A DNA stretch of 63,997 nucleotides, filler included, from Vicugna vicugna (GCA_013265495.1; 79 parts of 74 records of this genome joined end to end with filler, not necessarily neighbours in it); one strand, 5' to 3'. Counted from the whole stretch's first letter, positions 25,441-38,050 are shown. A program made the numbers and translations. Notes: a model not told the origin generated them from the sequence alone.

Positions 25441-26449
25441 GGGAGGGAGGAAGAGTGTTTTCTTAGGAGAATTCACTAGGTTTTAACGAGTTGTTTCTCC
25501 TGCTCCTTTCTCCTCCCCATCAGACCTGACCGCACACACACCTGTCCCCTCGGCTGTGTTGAAGCCCCCTGGACAGTGAGTGGGCAGGGGTGGCAGAGGA
25601 CAGGAGCAGCCACTGCCCTCACTCCCTCTCCTCTCTGTAACCCCCTGCCCGGCCCTTCCAGGATCTTGTGAGCCTTCTCCCTTGATGGTCCTTCTTGCTC
25701 TCCTCCAGTCTCCCCCCTCCCCATTGTCTGCTGCCCCTCCCTGGGGAGTTGGTGCTTTTTTTTNNNNNNNNNNNNNNNNNNNNNNNNNNNNNNNNNNNNN
25801 NNNNNNNTTAATTAATTAANNNNNNNNNNNNNNNNNNNNNNNNNNNNNNNNNNNNNNNNNNNNGAGACAAAGTATTATTTTCTTCTTAATTCATGACTCC
25901 AGAGGCATAAAGCATTCCATTCTCATTTACTGGATTTTTTTCCTGTCAGTTCATCATCCATCCACCTCAAAAGAGCTGATATTCTTCCCTATACCAATAA
26001 CTATACTGTTTTCTAATTAATTGACTTCTTAGAATCAGAGCTTTGTCCAGAAGAGACAGTGCCTTTGTAAACATTTAATGTAGATTTATACAACCCAAAT
26101 AACTTGTGCCCCTTCTAACATTCACACAAGAAGTATCTAAGAGGTAGTAGCCCCTTGGTTGGGGTGGTCATATACTCAGTAACTAAATTGCAATCTAAAC
26201 TGTGTGGACTAAAAAGAGGTGAGGATGGTAGAATCAGAAATTTGTGCAACTGCAAGAATACCAAATTTTTGCAGAAATTAGGAAATATAAAATATTCATG
26301 GAATACTTTGTCTATTTCCCATTAATTTAAAATAAAAGGTGAAGCATTTNNNNNNNNNNNNNNNNNNNNNNNNNNNNNNNNNNNNNNNNNNNNTTAATTA
26401 ATTAANNNNNNNNNNNNNNNNNNNNNNNNNNNNNNNNNNNNNNNNNNNN

Positions 26450-26930
26450 TAAAATATACATACTACAAAACATGTCTTCAGATATAAAGTGATTTAGATC
26501 GATCTACATGATATTTTCCACAGAAATTAAAACAATTCTAAGATTTGTATGGAACTGAAAAATTACCAGAACTGCAAAAGTAACATTGAGGAAAAACAAC
26601 AAAGATGGAGTCATAACCCATAACCCTCCCAGATCTCAGACTATATTACAAAAACAGCAATCAAAGCAGCACAATACTGGAAAACAAACAAACATCTATA
26701 TCACTGGAATGGAACACAGAGGCAGAAATAAAACATCACATCTATGGTCAAATAAACTATGAAAAAGGAAAAAAAGTATACAAAGCCTAAAAGAAAGTTT
26801 TAAGCAAGTGATGTTGAGAAAGCTTCACAGCTACATGTAAATCAATGAAATTAGAATACTCCCTCACACTGTACAAAAAATAAATTCAAAATGTTTTAAA
26901 TATCTGAATGTAATACATGACACAATAAAA
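26450..26930 (+). mobile_element. LINE-1 ORF2 remnant (post-RT region), disrupted
   Basis: acaattctaagatttgtatggaac..ccagatctcagactatattacaaa..gctacatgtaaatcaatgaaattagaa are L1 ORF2 hallmarks. Confidence 0.9.
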
Positions 26931-27269
26931 NNNNNNNNNNNNNNNNNNNNNNNNNNNNNNNNNNNNNNNNNNNNTTAATTAATTAANNNNNNNNNNNNNN
27001 NNNNNNNNNNNNNNNNNNNNNNNNNNNNNNCATTTCTTCTAGAGTGCCTTACAAATATCATTTCCTATGTGCTTAATGATATGAAAAAGGTTGTAAAGAA
27101 CTAATACAGAGTACAGATTTCGAGTCAGACTGAGTTCCCATGTGGTTCCTGTGTGTGCAGGCCTTGGCATAGCGCTTGCTCCGTGTGCTCACAGAGGAGG
27201 AGCAGCTTCCTGGCGTGCACAGAGGAGTTCATGTGTGATCAATACGAAGGAGGAAAAGCTGTGGAACGA

Positions 27270-27420
27270 TTACAGTTTGACCATCTCCTACCTGCCTAGC
27301 ACATGCCGGACACTGTAGTTCATCCTTTAAATATACCATCTTGTGGAATCCTTAAAATAGTCCTGGGACAGGTATTATTTACTATTTATGTCTCATTTAC
27401 TGCTGAGAGAAGCTGTGTTA
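27270..27420 (-). mobile_element. MIR SINE remnant
   Basis: gtgg-aatccttaaaatagtcctgggacaggtattat..ctcatttactgctgagagaagctg resembles the MIR core. Confidence 0.55.
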
Positions 27421-28067
27421 GACCATAAATTTGTAATCGGCTAGGTCAGCACTGTTCTCTTGCTTCCTNNNNNNNNNNNNNNNNNNNNNNNNNNNNNNNN
27501 NNNNNNNNNNNNTTAATTAATTAANNNNNNNNNNNNNNNNNNNNNNNNNNNNNNNNNNNNNNNNNNNNTAAACATTACCACAATTATATGGTCTTTGTTG
27601 TCTGCTTTAATTATTAACGTATTGATTGTACCTTGAGGCCTTTCATACAAAGGACACAATTTGAATAATGCTGTGGTAATGCCATTTAATTCCTGTTTAC
27701 AGCCATATTATGTTTCATTTCAGCCAGTAACAATAACTCCTTTTAGTGGAGCCCATGACATGTATGGTTTATAAACGTTGTTTTCAAAGCTATATTTTTG
27801 TTACATTTAGNNNNNNNNNNNNNNNNNNNNNNNNNNNNNNNNNNNNNNNNNNNNTTAATTAATTAANNNNNNNNNNNNNNNNNNNNNNNNNNNNNNNNNN
27901 NNNNNNNNNNTTTTTTTGGATGGATTGCAGAATATTCTTTTCATTTTTTAATAAACTATGTTTTGTTCATTAATTATAGATTTACAGATTCATGGATAGG
28001 TCTCCAGAAAAAGAATTAGAGGCCTCTAACCTCTGAATACTAGGAAAGTAAAGTTTAAAAAAAATCA

Positions 28068-28152
28068 GGGGGAAGATTATACGTCATTTGGGAGAGTATG
28101 TGCTTAGCATGAATGAGGCCCTCAGTTCAGTCCCTAGTAACTCCATTTAAAA
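28068..28152 (+). mobile_element. Degenerate tRNA-Ala-derived SINE (camelid vic-1-like)
   Basis: ggggaagattatacgtcatttgggagagtatgtgcttagcatgaatgaggccctcagttcagtccctagtaactcca followed by an AT tail; matches the tRNA-Ala pattern GCTTAGCATGCACGAGGTCCTGGGTTCAATCCCCAGTACCTCCA. Confidence 0.75.
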
Positions 28153-28464
28153 ACTTTGTTTTTTAAAAAATGGCAAATTAAAGAAAAAAAAAATGATCGA
28201 GGAATACAGAATTTTTTAGAGACTCATCTCAGATTTAAGATGAGGAAGAAACCATCCATTTCTCAGAAGAAATCTTGAGAACTATGTAAACTGGATCTGA
28301 GATGTCTAGTCTTCTAGCATTATTCATGAATTCATATTACCAATACTTAAAACTACCTGATAATNNNNNNNNNNNNNNNNNNNNNNNNNNNNNNNNNNNN
28401 NNNNNNNNTTAATTAATTAANNNNNNNNNNNNNNNNNNNNNNNNNNNNNNNNNNNNNNNNNNNN

Positions 28465-29643
28465 CGTATGCTATATTCTATATTCTGTGTTCTGCATTCC
28501 ATGATCTAAATTCTGCCTTCTATTACCTATATTCTATATTCTTTATTCTGTGTTCAACATTCTATATTCTAAATAGTATATTTAACTTTCTGTGATTAAT
28601 ATTATAAATTCTGTGTTCTACATTCTATATTCTAAATTCTATATTCAGTATTATGTAATCTATATTCTAAATTCTGTGTTCTGCATAGCATTTTCTTTAT
28701 TCTGGATTCTATATTATGTATTCTACATTCTATATTGTGTGTTTTACATTCTATATTCTAAACTCTATATTCTGTATTCTTTATTGTATATTCTAAATTC
28801 TGTGTTCTACATTCTATATTCGAAATTNNNNNNNNNNNNNNNNNNNNNNNNNNNNNNNNNNNNNNNNNNNNNNNNNNNNNNNNNNNNNNNNNNNNNNNNN
28901 NNNNNNNNNNNNNNNNNNNNNNNNNNNNNNNNNNNNNNNNNNNNNNNNNNNNNNNNNNNNNNNNNNNNNNNNNNNNNNNNNNNNNNNNNNNNNNNNNNNN
29001 NNNNNNNNNNNNNNNNNNNNNNNNNNNNNNNNNNNNNNNNNNNNNNNNNNNNNNNNNNNNNNNNNNNNNNTCAGATTTCTCAATATTATAAATTCTGTGT
29101 TCTGCATTCTATATTCTAAATTCTATATTCAGTATTATGTAATCTATCTTCTTAATTCTGTCTTCTGCATAGCATGTTCTTAATTCTGGATTCTATAATT
29201 TGTATTCTCCATTCTATATTCTGTGTTCTACATTCTATATTCTAAATTCTATATTCAGTATTCTCTATTCTATATTCTATATTTTGTGTTCTACATTCTA
29301 TATTCTAAATACTATATTGAGATTTCTGTATACAAAATTANNNNNNNNNNNNNNTATTCTATATTCTGTGTTCTATTTTCTATATTCTAAATTCTCTATT
29401 CAGTATTCTGTATTCCATATTCTAAATTCTGTGTTCTGCACCCCATGTTTTCCATTCTATATTCAGTATTCTGTATTCCATATTCTAAATTCTGTGTTCT
29501 GCATTCTATGTTCTAAGTTCTATGATCAGTATACTGTATTATATATTGTAATTACTGTCTTCTGCATTCCATGTTCTAAATTCTGGGTTCTTTAATCAAT
29601 ATTCTATATTCTATATCTGTGTTTTACATTCTATATTCTAAAT
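28465..29643 (-). repeat. SatE heptamer satellite, read as (ATATTCT)n
   Basis: Reverse complement of the AGAATAT variants. Confidence 0.95.
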
Positions 29644-29743
29644 NNNNNNNNNNNNNNNNNNNNNNNNNNNNNNNNNNNNNNNNNNNNTTAATTAATTAAN
29701 NNNNNNNNNNNNNNNNNNNNNNNNNNNNNNNNNNNNNNNNNNN

Positions 29744-30225
29744 TATAGTATATAGAATACAGAAATAGAATGTTGACTATAGAATGTAAAACACAGAATA
29801 TAGAATATAAAATATGGAATATAGAATAAAGTTTAGAAAATGTAGAACTCAGAATATGAATATAGACTACAGAATACAGAACACAGAATTTAGAANNNNN
29901 NNNNNNNNNNNNNNNNNNNNNNNNNNNNNNNNNNNNNNNNNNNNNNNNNNNNNNNNNNNNNNNNNNNNNNNNNNNNNNNNNNNNNNNNNNNNNNNNNNNN
30001 NNNNNNNNNNNNNNNNNNNNNNNNNNNNNNNNNNNNNNNNAGAGAAATTAAAATATTCAGTACAGAATACAGAATATAGAATGTAGAGTTTAGAATGTAG
30101 AACACAGACTTTCGAATGTAGAATACAGTATTCAGCATATAAAATGTAGTGTACAGAATGTAAAATATAGAATACAGAACACAGAATTTAGAATGTAGAT
30201 AACATAATATAGAATATAGAATCCA
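29744..30225 (+). repeat. SatE heptamer satellite
   Basis: agaatat/agaacac variants. Confidence 0.93.
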
Positions 30226-30781
30226 NNNNNNNNNNNNNNNNNNNNNNNNNNNNNNNNNNNNNNNNNNNNTTAATTAATTAANNNNNNNNNNNNNNNNNNN
30301 NNNNNNNNNNNNNNNNNNNNNNNNNGACAACAGGTGTATTAAATTTCCTCTCACCAATAAGGCAATCTTTATAAAGAATGAAAACCCCTTTGGAAATCGA
30401 AATGACAGGACGTTTCTATCTAAGTGAACATGCAGATCTCAACACAAGGCTAAATCCTATCAGATCTCACTCGAACGAGCTCAACAAAGTCCTGGGCGAC
30501 CCTGGAACTTAGCTTTTCTGTTCCAAAGTTAGCTGAGCTAAGATCATCACACAAGGCAGGGAAGGAGAGAAGAGGAATCTCCACCTGGAGGCCTCCATCT
30601 GACATCTGTTTTAGCCAAAAGTCCCCTCTAGGGCGGCCCCGCTAACAAGCCCTCCCCATAAGGAAATCCGGCATCCACACTGCCCCTGCCATCCCCAAGC
30701 AGTTCCGAAGCCCCTCTCCCAGCCCGTGAATAGTCTTCTAATGACCTCCCTGTTGGTGGCACCCACCCCCTCTTCCCCGCT

Positions 30782-30802
30782 ACACACACACACACACACA
30801 CA
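30782..30802 (+). repeat. (AC)n microsatellite within probable L2 remnant
   Basis: About 10 AC units. Confidence 0.85.
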
Positions 30803-31145
30803 GAGCCATGGCAGCCTTCCCAAAATCACAAATTTGATTACATCACCCACTTCAAACCCTTCAGAGGCTCCCTGGTGGAATTATAGCCCCACCCTAAACA
30901 TTGCTCTCCCAGCCTCACCTCAGTACACAGATCCCCAGTGACCTCAGGGGCCCCCTGACCTGCTCCTACTTCCCACTTGCCTCCAGGCTCAATCACTTTT
31001 ACTGTTTCCCAAGGAAGCCTTCCCTCCCTCCAACCTCCCCAATTTNNNNNNNNNNNNNNNNNNNNNNNNNNNNNNNNNNNNNNNNNNNNTTAATTAATTA
31101 ANNNNNNNNNNNNNNNNNNNNNNNNNNNNNNNNNNNNNNNNNNNN

Positions 31146-31623
31146 CAGGGGGAAGTGGGATTTGGGCTCTAAAACCAAGTATTATCTAGTATAGGAACTG
31201 GTGGTGTTTAATAGGCAACAACCAACCTGGGAATATCTGTGCCCTAAGAAAGATGCGTGGACTCTGTTTCCCCAACACTAGCAAACACACGAAGAAGTCT
31301 TCTGGTATCCTGATTGTGGGAAGGCTCCTCTAACTGACAGCAGCACTTGGGAACAACTAGAATCCCTTAGCTTAAAATTTTGACTGTTTTACTAGGCCGG
31401 GTTGTGAGCAAAAGTGGGGTTTGGGCATAAAGACAAGTAATAGCAAGGGCATCTCTATGGGCAGTAGGAGGTATTTAAACTACAGCCCCAATCCGGGAAA
31501 ACTGTGCCCCCATAAATATGCGTGGACTATGTTTCCCTCCTCCAGCACACACTCGACATCGGGTTCAGATGTCTTGAATGTGGGGAGGTTGTTCCAACTA
31601 ACAGCAGCTCCTGGGTTCTAATA
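31146..31623 (+). repeat. SatA fragment
   Basis: Two copies of the tgtgggga.g...cc.actgacagcagc core. Confidence 0.9.
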
Positions 31624-32511
31624 NNNNNNNNNNNNNNNNNNNNNNNNNNNNNNNNNNNNNNNNNNNNTTAATTAATTAANNNNNNNNNNNNNNNNNNNNN
31701 NNNNNNNNNNNNNNNNNNNNNNNGTGATATCTAAGTGCAGTGTCACGAGCTGAAAGAGGAGGTCTGGGTCCAGGCTGTGCATTTTGGAATAATGTCAACT
31801 CCTGAGGACACTGAAGTATTGATCACTGACCGGAAGTCATACTTTACAGGAGAAATGAATAGTAGTATCACCTCTGTCATCAAAGCTCACGTCTATTTAT
31901 TCATCACTCAGTTTGCTAATTGGGTACTTACAGAGCTCACTTCACTGTCCTCCCGTGGGCTCAGGCTCCACAGAAAAGAGCTGGTGAGTCTCCCTCTTTN
32001 NNNNNNNNNNNNNNNNNNNNNNNNNNNNNNNNNNNNNNNNNNNNNNNNNNNNNNNNNNNNNNNNNNNNNNNNNNNNNNNNNNNTTTCTGTTGGCCATGTC
32101 CTGACAGGAGAGAAGAGAAATTTTATTGTCATCTTTGAATTAGCTGTTACTGAGAATTGCTGATCTGATACATAGTGTATGTATTATATTAACTTTGTAG
32201 AGTAGTTATCATTTTTCTGTCTTTGCCCTTTAATTTTGATTGCCCCTTCAGTGTTCTATCCTTTTTGGGGCCTTATTTTTTTTTAATTAAAAAATGTCTG
32301 TTAACAGTTAAGAAAACAAAAACAAAGAAAAAATGTACATGGGAGCTAAATTTAGAAAATATCTACTGTGTTTTCTATCTCGGCAATAGAGGGTTCTAGA
32401 AACTCGTGAAANNNNNNNNNNNNNNNNNNNNNNNNNNNNNNNNNNNNNNNNNNNNTTAATTAATTAANNNNNNNNNNNNNNNNNNNNNNNNNNNNNNNNN
32501 NNNNNNNNNNN

Positions 32512-32597
32512 CTATCTATATCTGTATCATCTATATCTACATCTACATCTATATCTATCTATCTATCTATATATATAGAGAGAGAGACAGAGAGAGG
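32512..32597 (+). repeat. Compound (TATC)/(TA)/(GA) microsatellite
   Basis: Directly visible. Confidence 0.9.
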
Positions 32598-32611
32598 TAC
32601 ACACATAGCAG

Positions 32612-33050
32612 GCACTGCTGGTCCCTGCTGCTGGCACATGGGGCTCTCAGCAGCTGCTATAGCCATGTTGGCCTTGGTGAGTGGAAGCCTGTGTTGCTGA
32701 GCTCATGTGGAACCTCCATCCCTACCACCATGGCCACTTTGTTCATGAGCCCATTGGTTGATGACAGGTGTGGCTGGGGAACAGATCTGGACCTGCATTC
32801 AGAGAACAGGTCATGTTATCAACTGTCTATTTATTAAAATCTTTCTCAGCTGAGGTCAGCTCTTACTGAACATTTACCTGGAACATAAATATTTTCACTT
32901 TTTTTTTTTTGCCCATTCAGAAAAGTCTGTCCACCTAGCTTTTCTCTAGACTTTGTTGTCACCAGTTTTCCAATCATGTTTTTGCCAAGTCCCTGACTAT
33001 CAAGCCAAACCATGGACCACAGCCCATGAATTAGTATAATTGCATGTCTT
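32612..33050 (-). mobile_element. ERV-L pol remnant (RNase H to integrase HHCC zinc finger)
   Basis: Minus strand gives YTNSWAVVHGLA*..GTWQKHDWKTGD and PATPVINQWAHEQSGHGGRDGGST*AQQHRLPLTKANMAIAAAESPMCQQQ, close to HERV-L/MuERV-L Pol; contains stops and frameshifts. Confidence 0.92.
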
Positions 33051-33069
33051 GTTGTTTCTCCTCCCTAGC

Positions 33070-33288
33070 TGTGAGATAACAGAATGAATATTATATATAC
33101 ATCTCTGACCCAGGTTCCTGGCACAGAGCTTCTGAAACCTTTGTAATTTCCTAAGTTGTAAGAGCACTAGAAGCAGCTTTTGTTCTCATATTTGCCTTTG
33201 ACCCCATCCCTTTCACAGGGCTCCTGAAACCCTTGTAAATCCTAAGTGATAAGAGCAGTAGGAGCATCTTTTCTACTAAGGTGACTCT
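33070..33288 (+). mobile_element. MER21-like LTR 5' portion
   Basis: Starts TGTGA; contains gttcctggcacagagcttctgaaacctttgtaatttcctaag and a second internal copy of that motif. Confidence 0.75.
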
Positions 33289-33388
33289 NNNNNNNNNNNN
33301 NNNNNNNNNNNNNNNNNNNNNNNNNNNNNNNNTTAATTAATTAANNNNNNNNNNNNNNNNNNNNNNNNNNNNNNNNNNNNNNNNNNNN

Positions 33389-34806
33389 GTCGGCAGCGCA
33401 TGGGTTCTAACGAATGCCTAAGCTCCTCTCCCCTGAGGTTTTTCCTAAAATCTCTGTGCCAGGGTATGCTAGGGGTGATTGTAGGATATCTCAGTGACCG
33501 AGGCTGCCTCCCCAAGTTCAGGGAAGGTATTTCTCGGACTTCGCCAATCAGGGAATACCTGTGACTGAAGAGAGNNNNNNNNNNNNNNNNNNNNNNNNNN
33601 NNNNNNNNNNNNNNNNNNNNNNNNNNNNNNNNNNNNNNNNNNNNNNNNNNNNNNNNNNNNNNNNNNNNNNNNNNNNNNNNNNNNNNNNNNNNNNNNNNNN
33701 NNNNNNNNNNNNNNNNNNNNNNNNNNNNNNNNNNNNNNNNNNNNNNNNNNNNNNNNNNNNNNNNNNNNNNNNNNNNNNNNNNNNNNNNNNNNNNNNNNNN
33801 NNNNNNNNNNNNNNNNNNNNNNNNNNNNNNNNNNNNNNNNNNNNNNNNNNNNNNNNNNNNNNNNNNNNNNNNNNNNNNNNNNNNNNNNNNNNNNNNNNNN
33901 NNNNNCGATAGCGCGTGGGTTCTAACGGAATGCCTAAGCTCGTCTCCCCTGAGGGTTTTCCTCATGTCTCTGTGCCTGGGAAAGCCTGGGGTGATTGCAG
34001 GATATCCCAGTGTCAGAGGCTGCCTCCCCAATGTCAGGGAAGATATTTCTCGGACTTCCCCGAACAGGGAACTCCTGTGACTAAAGAGAGATGGGTGGAG
34101 TTGTCTCTCGTGCTCACCAAAGACCGACAATGATTCCGGAATCCTGAGCGTGGGGAGGTTCCACCAACGGTCGGCAGCGCGTGGGTTCTAACGGAATGCT
34201 TAAGCTCGTCTCCCCTGAGGATTTTCCTAATGTCTCTGTGGCAGGGAATGCTAGGGGTGATTGCAGGATATCCCAGTGACCGAGGCTGCCTCCCCAAGTT
34301 CAGGGAAGGTATTTCTCGGACTTCCCCNNNNNNNNNNNNNNNNNNNNNNNNNNNNNNNNNNNNNNNNNNNNNNNNNNNNNNNNNNNNNNNNNNNNNNNNN
34401 NNNNNNNNNNNNNNNNNNNNNNNNNNNNNNNNNNNNNNNNNNNNNNNNNNNNNNNNNNNNNNNNNNNNNNNNNNNNNNNNNNNNNNNNNNNNNNNNNNNN
34501 NNNNNNNNNNNNNNNNNNNNNNNNNNNNNNNNNNNNNNNNNNNNNNNNNNNNNNNNNNNNNNNNNNNNNNNNNNNNNNNNNNNNNNNNNNNNNNNNNNNN
34601 NNNNNNNNNNNNNNNNNNNNNNNNNNNNNNNNNNNNNNNNNNNNNNNNNNNNNNNNNNNNNNNNNNNNNNNNNNNNNNNNNNNNNNNNNNNNNNNNNNNN
34701 NNNNNNNNNNNNGGAGGTTCCAGGTCTGCAGCGATTGGGTTCTAACGAATGCCTAAGCTCCTCTTCCCTGAGGGTTTTCCTAAAGTCTCTGTGCCAGGGA
34801 ATGCTA
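33389..34806 (+). repeat. SatB array with gaps
   Basis: Tandem 267-bp unit. Confidence 0.95.
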
Positions 34807-35879
34807 NNNNNNNNNNNNNNNNNNNNNNNNNNNNNNNNNNNNNNNNNNNNTTAATTAATTAANNNNNNNNNNNNNNNNNNNNNNNNNNNNNNNNNNNNNN
34901 NNNNNNTTTCTCTTGAATAAGAAGGGGATCTGACAGTGTGGGGGCTCTCTTCCCAATATGGTGACTGTGAGCAGTGATTTTCATTAGGATGTCCACTTGC
35001 CAATTTGCCAGTGGCTGCACACACTCCCCACATTTCTGCTACTAACCTGCCCCCTGTAGGCAGATGAGTTCATGTAGGGTTAGGTGGGTTTTGGACACAG
35101 ATACTGACATCACTGCTGCCAAACACTCTGGCGTCACTAACTCTGGTTCTTGCTCTCTGACCTCCCTGAATATGACAGCTCCTTTTGGGCTGTGGACATG
35201 AGGCATCTTTCCAGCACTGTTGGCTTTTCTGCAACACACCCCTCCCTCTCAGGTCAGAAGCAAATGTCAGCTCCTCCTACCCATCCACCCCATCCACGGT
35301 CTTGCCGTTCCTGGCCAGAGTGGTCCCTATCCCTTGACTGAGCAGTAACACTAAAGGGACTACAAACTTGCCTCCCATCCACTGTCTTAGTTACATACCT
35401 GTGCTAGTTTAATTAAAAGTCTGTCAGTTAGGGTCTAAAAGTCTTATAGATCTCTGGCCTTATCATTTCTAACTGCTCCCCCACCCCATGGAACAGCTTA
35501 TGCAGATCTCTGCTGCCCCATCTGTAGCAATGCCCTGTAAACTACAGACAGAGAGAAAAGAACTTCTAAGCCACCACCATGCCTTTGACTTCCTGTGACC
35601 ACACAGACCATAGAAATATCAAGATAANNNNNNNNNNNNNNNNNNNNNNNNNNNNNNNNNNNNNNNNNNNNTTAATTAATTAANNNNNNNNNNNNNNNNN
35701 NNNNNNNNNNNNNNNNNNNNNNNNNNNTCCATGGGATTTTTGTGAGGACAATTTCTCCTAGACATTGATGCCTTTTTCTGTTCCTGTGTGTGTTGTCTGC
35801 TATATCTCCAATTGTTGGTGTTGCATTTGTTGTGATGAACAACTCATACGATTTCGATTAGCATAACTTCATTTGGATT

Positions 35880-36628
35880 ACGCTTATCTCACAATTCTGA
35901 AAGTGCTCAGGACACTTCCTCTTGTGGAAATGAGGCTTCTAAAGGTTCTCAGCTCTGCATTCTGCTCAATGTCATTTTGAATTCTTTCCAAAAGAGCAAA
36001 CTGAGAGTGCGCTTGTGCTTTGTTGTGCCACGGGTATGTCCCAATGAAAGCAGTTCTTCCCAGTGTTTCTCTGTCTACTGAAACACCAGAGGAAGCACAT
36101 CCATGGATGTCACACATCAGGGCCTGCTGGAATGATCCCACAGACCTACCTTGGTGTCCTCGGTGACATACCGTGCCGGTGCCATCCAAAATGTAGCATC
36201 CACTTTTGGGAGATAGTGCTGAAGGAAATGCTTCCTCTTCTCACTCTGTGGACTTGGATCTCTCTTCCTTGTCCTGTCATCCTTGTGGCACGGGTGCACG
36301 AAGGCAACCACAGAGCTGTTGCGCATCCTGTGCCTCAAACCAAACCATAATCCCAGCCCAGGTTATGAATGTAGCAGATCCTAAGGCTTTTCATTCTGAT
36401 TTCAAACCCAAGGCCCCCTGGATCCCTCAGACCAGAAACCCACGGCCCCCTGGATCACTAAGACCAGATGCATGATATCTCTGATTCAGCCCCACACGTT
36501 CTCTATTGGCAAAATTCCCAATTGGTCCCTGGTCCTGCAGATGCACTGGGTGTGGCCATGGGACATATCGGTAATCTTAAATTCGCGGCCAGTGTGTTTG
36601 CTTAATCATTGTTACCAAGTTCGGTTTG
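35880..36628 (-). mobile_element. Degenerate ERV-L-like gag remnant (lineage 3)
   Basis: Colinear minus-strand peptides WPHPV, RNSSVVAFV, CHRGHQGRSVGS, SGVS and QNAELRTF..RGSV, versus recalled ERV-L gag WPTLS, RSSVVAVL, YRNGQQGRSGS, HGVP and QFPDLSQF..RGGRV; multiple frameshifts. Confidence 0.5.
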
Positions 36629-36728
36629 NNNNNNNNNNNNNNNNNNNNNNNNNNNNNNNNNNNNNNNNNNNNTTAATTAATTAANNNNNNNNNNNNNNNN
36701 NNNNNNNNNNNNNNNNNNNNNNNNNNNN

Positions 36729-37333
36729 TTTACACTGAAAACGGCAGGCATTTCTAACCGGCACTAGGAAATAAAGTGTGAAAGCAGAGTAATTGTTTCT
36801 CCTGCAACCCGTTCCCTTTGTGCTGGATGAACGAACCTTTCTCCATATGCTCAGTTCTGAGAGATAATTTTGTGTGAAAGCCGCCCTTCACCTAGCTTGA
36901 AGGGAACACAAAGTTTCTTTTAACTTGCTAAGTCCACTCCATACATATTTATGGGGAGATATAAGTTCCAACTCGGTTTTGCAGTGAAATGGCAGGCAAT
37001 TCAAACCGGCATTAGGAAACAGACTAAGAAACCAGAGTAAGGGTTTCCCCTGCAACCCATTCCTTTAGTGCTGGATGAACGAACTTCTCTCCACATTCTA
37101 AGTTCTGAGAGATAAGTGTGTGTGAAAACCGAACTTCACCTAGCTTGAAGGGAACCCAAAGATTCTTTTCATTTACAAACCCCAATCCATACATATATAT
37201 GTGGAGGTACAAGCTCCAACTCGGTTTTACAGTGAAAACGGCAGTCACTTCAAGCCAGCACTATGAAAAAGACTGAGAAACCAGAGTAAATATTTCTCCT
37301 GCAAACCGTTCCCTTTGTGCTGGATGAACGAAC
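36729..37333 (-). repeat. SatC array
   Basis: About 2.4 tandem units. Confidence 0.95.
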
Positions 37334-37433
37334 NNNNNNNNNNNNNNNNNNNNNNNNNNNNNNNNNNNNNNNNNNNNTTAATTAATTAANNNNNNNNNNN
37401 NNNNNNNNNNNNNNNNNNNNNNNNNNNNNNNNN

Positions 37434-37950
37434 TTATTCTTTGTTGGTCTGCTTCTCGTTTGTTTTGCAATCACGTCATGCCATGCATCTCTCCGTTCGC
37501 ATCCAACAGAGACTCATATAAGCTGATTCACTTAAGACAGTGCTTCCAATCTCCTAGGATTTCCTGCTTCCCTCTCCCGTCTTTAGGGTTTTGATGTCCT
37601 CCTTGCCTTCTTCTTGTTTCTTTTTGCCACTCATGCTCTTCTTGCATTTCCAGTAATGGTTTTCTTCTTTCCATTTCATCTTATGCTGCTTTTCTATTCA
37701 GGGGAGAATTCTCAACCTTTCTTTTAGGATATGGTTCGAACTGCTGAATTCTTTTAAGATTGGCCGGTCTGTGGAATTCTCTAGCTCTGCCGTTATTAGA
37801 AATGGCGGTCATGTGGCCTAGGCTACCCTAGATGTCAGCATTTGGCCATTCAGGATATGGTCTGTGTCCTGGCACTCCTCCCTCTCCTGCGATATTTCTG
37901 CCGAAATATCAGCTGAAACCCCTCTGGAGGTTCTCTTGTGAATATGTTGT
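37434..37950 (-). mobile_element. Highly diverged LINE-1 ORF1 C-terminus plus inter-ORF region
   Basis: Minus strand HKRTSRGVSADISAEISQEREECQD..ILKEFSSSNHILKERL aligns to L1 ORF1p YKGTPIRLSADFSAETLQARREWHD..KLKEFSTTKPALQEML. Confidence 0.75.
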
Positions 37951-38050
37951 NNNNNNNNNNNNNNNNNNNNNNNNNNNNNNNNNNNNNNNNNNNNTTAATT
38001 AATTAANNNNNNNNNNNNNNNNNNNNNNNNNNNNNNNNNNNNNNNNNNNN

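Noticed and set aside
28068..28145. Functional tRNA-Ala gene
   Set aside because: Stems and A/B boxes are degraded and an AT tail follows; better explained as a SINE
35047..35060. CTCF-like motif CCTACAGGGGGCAG on the minus strand
   Set aside because: A single imperfect motif with no supporting context
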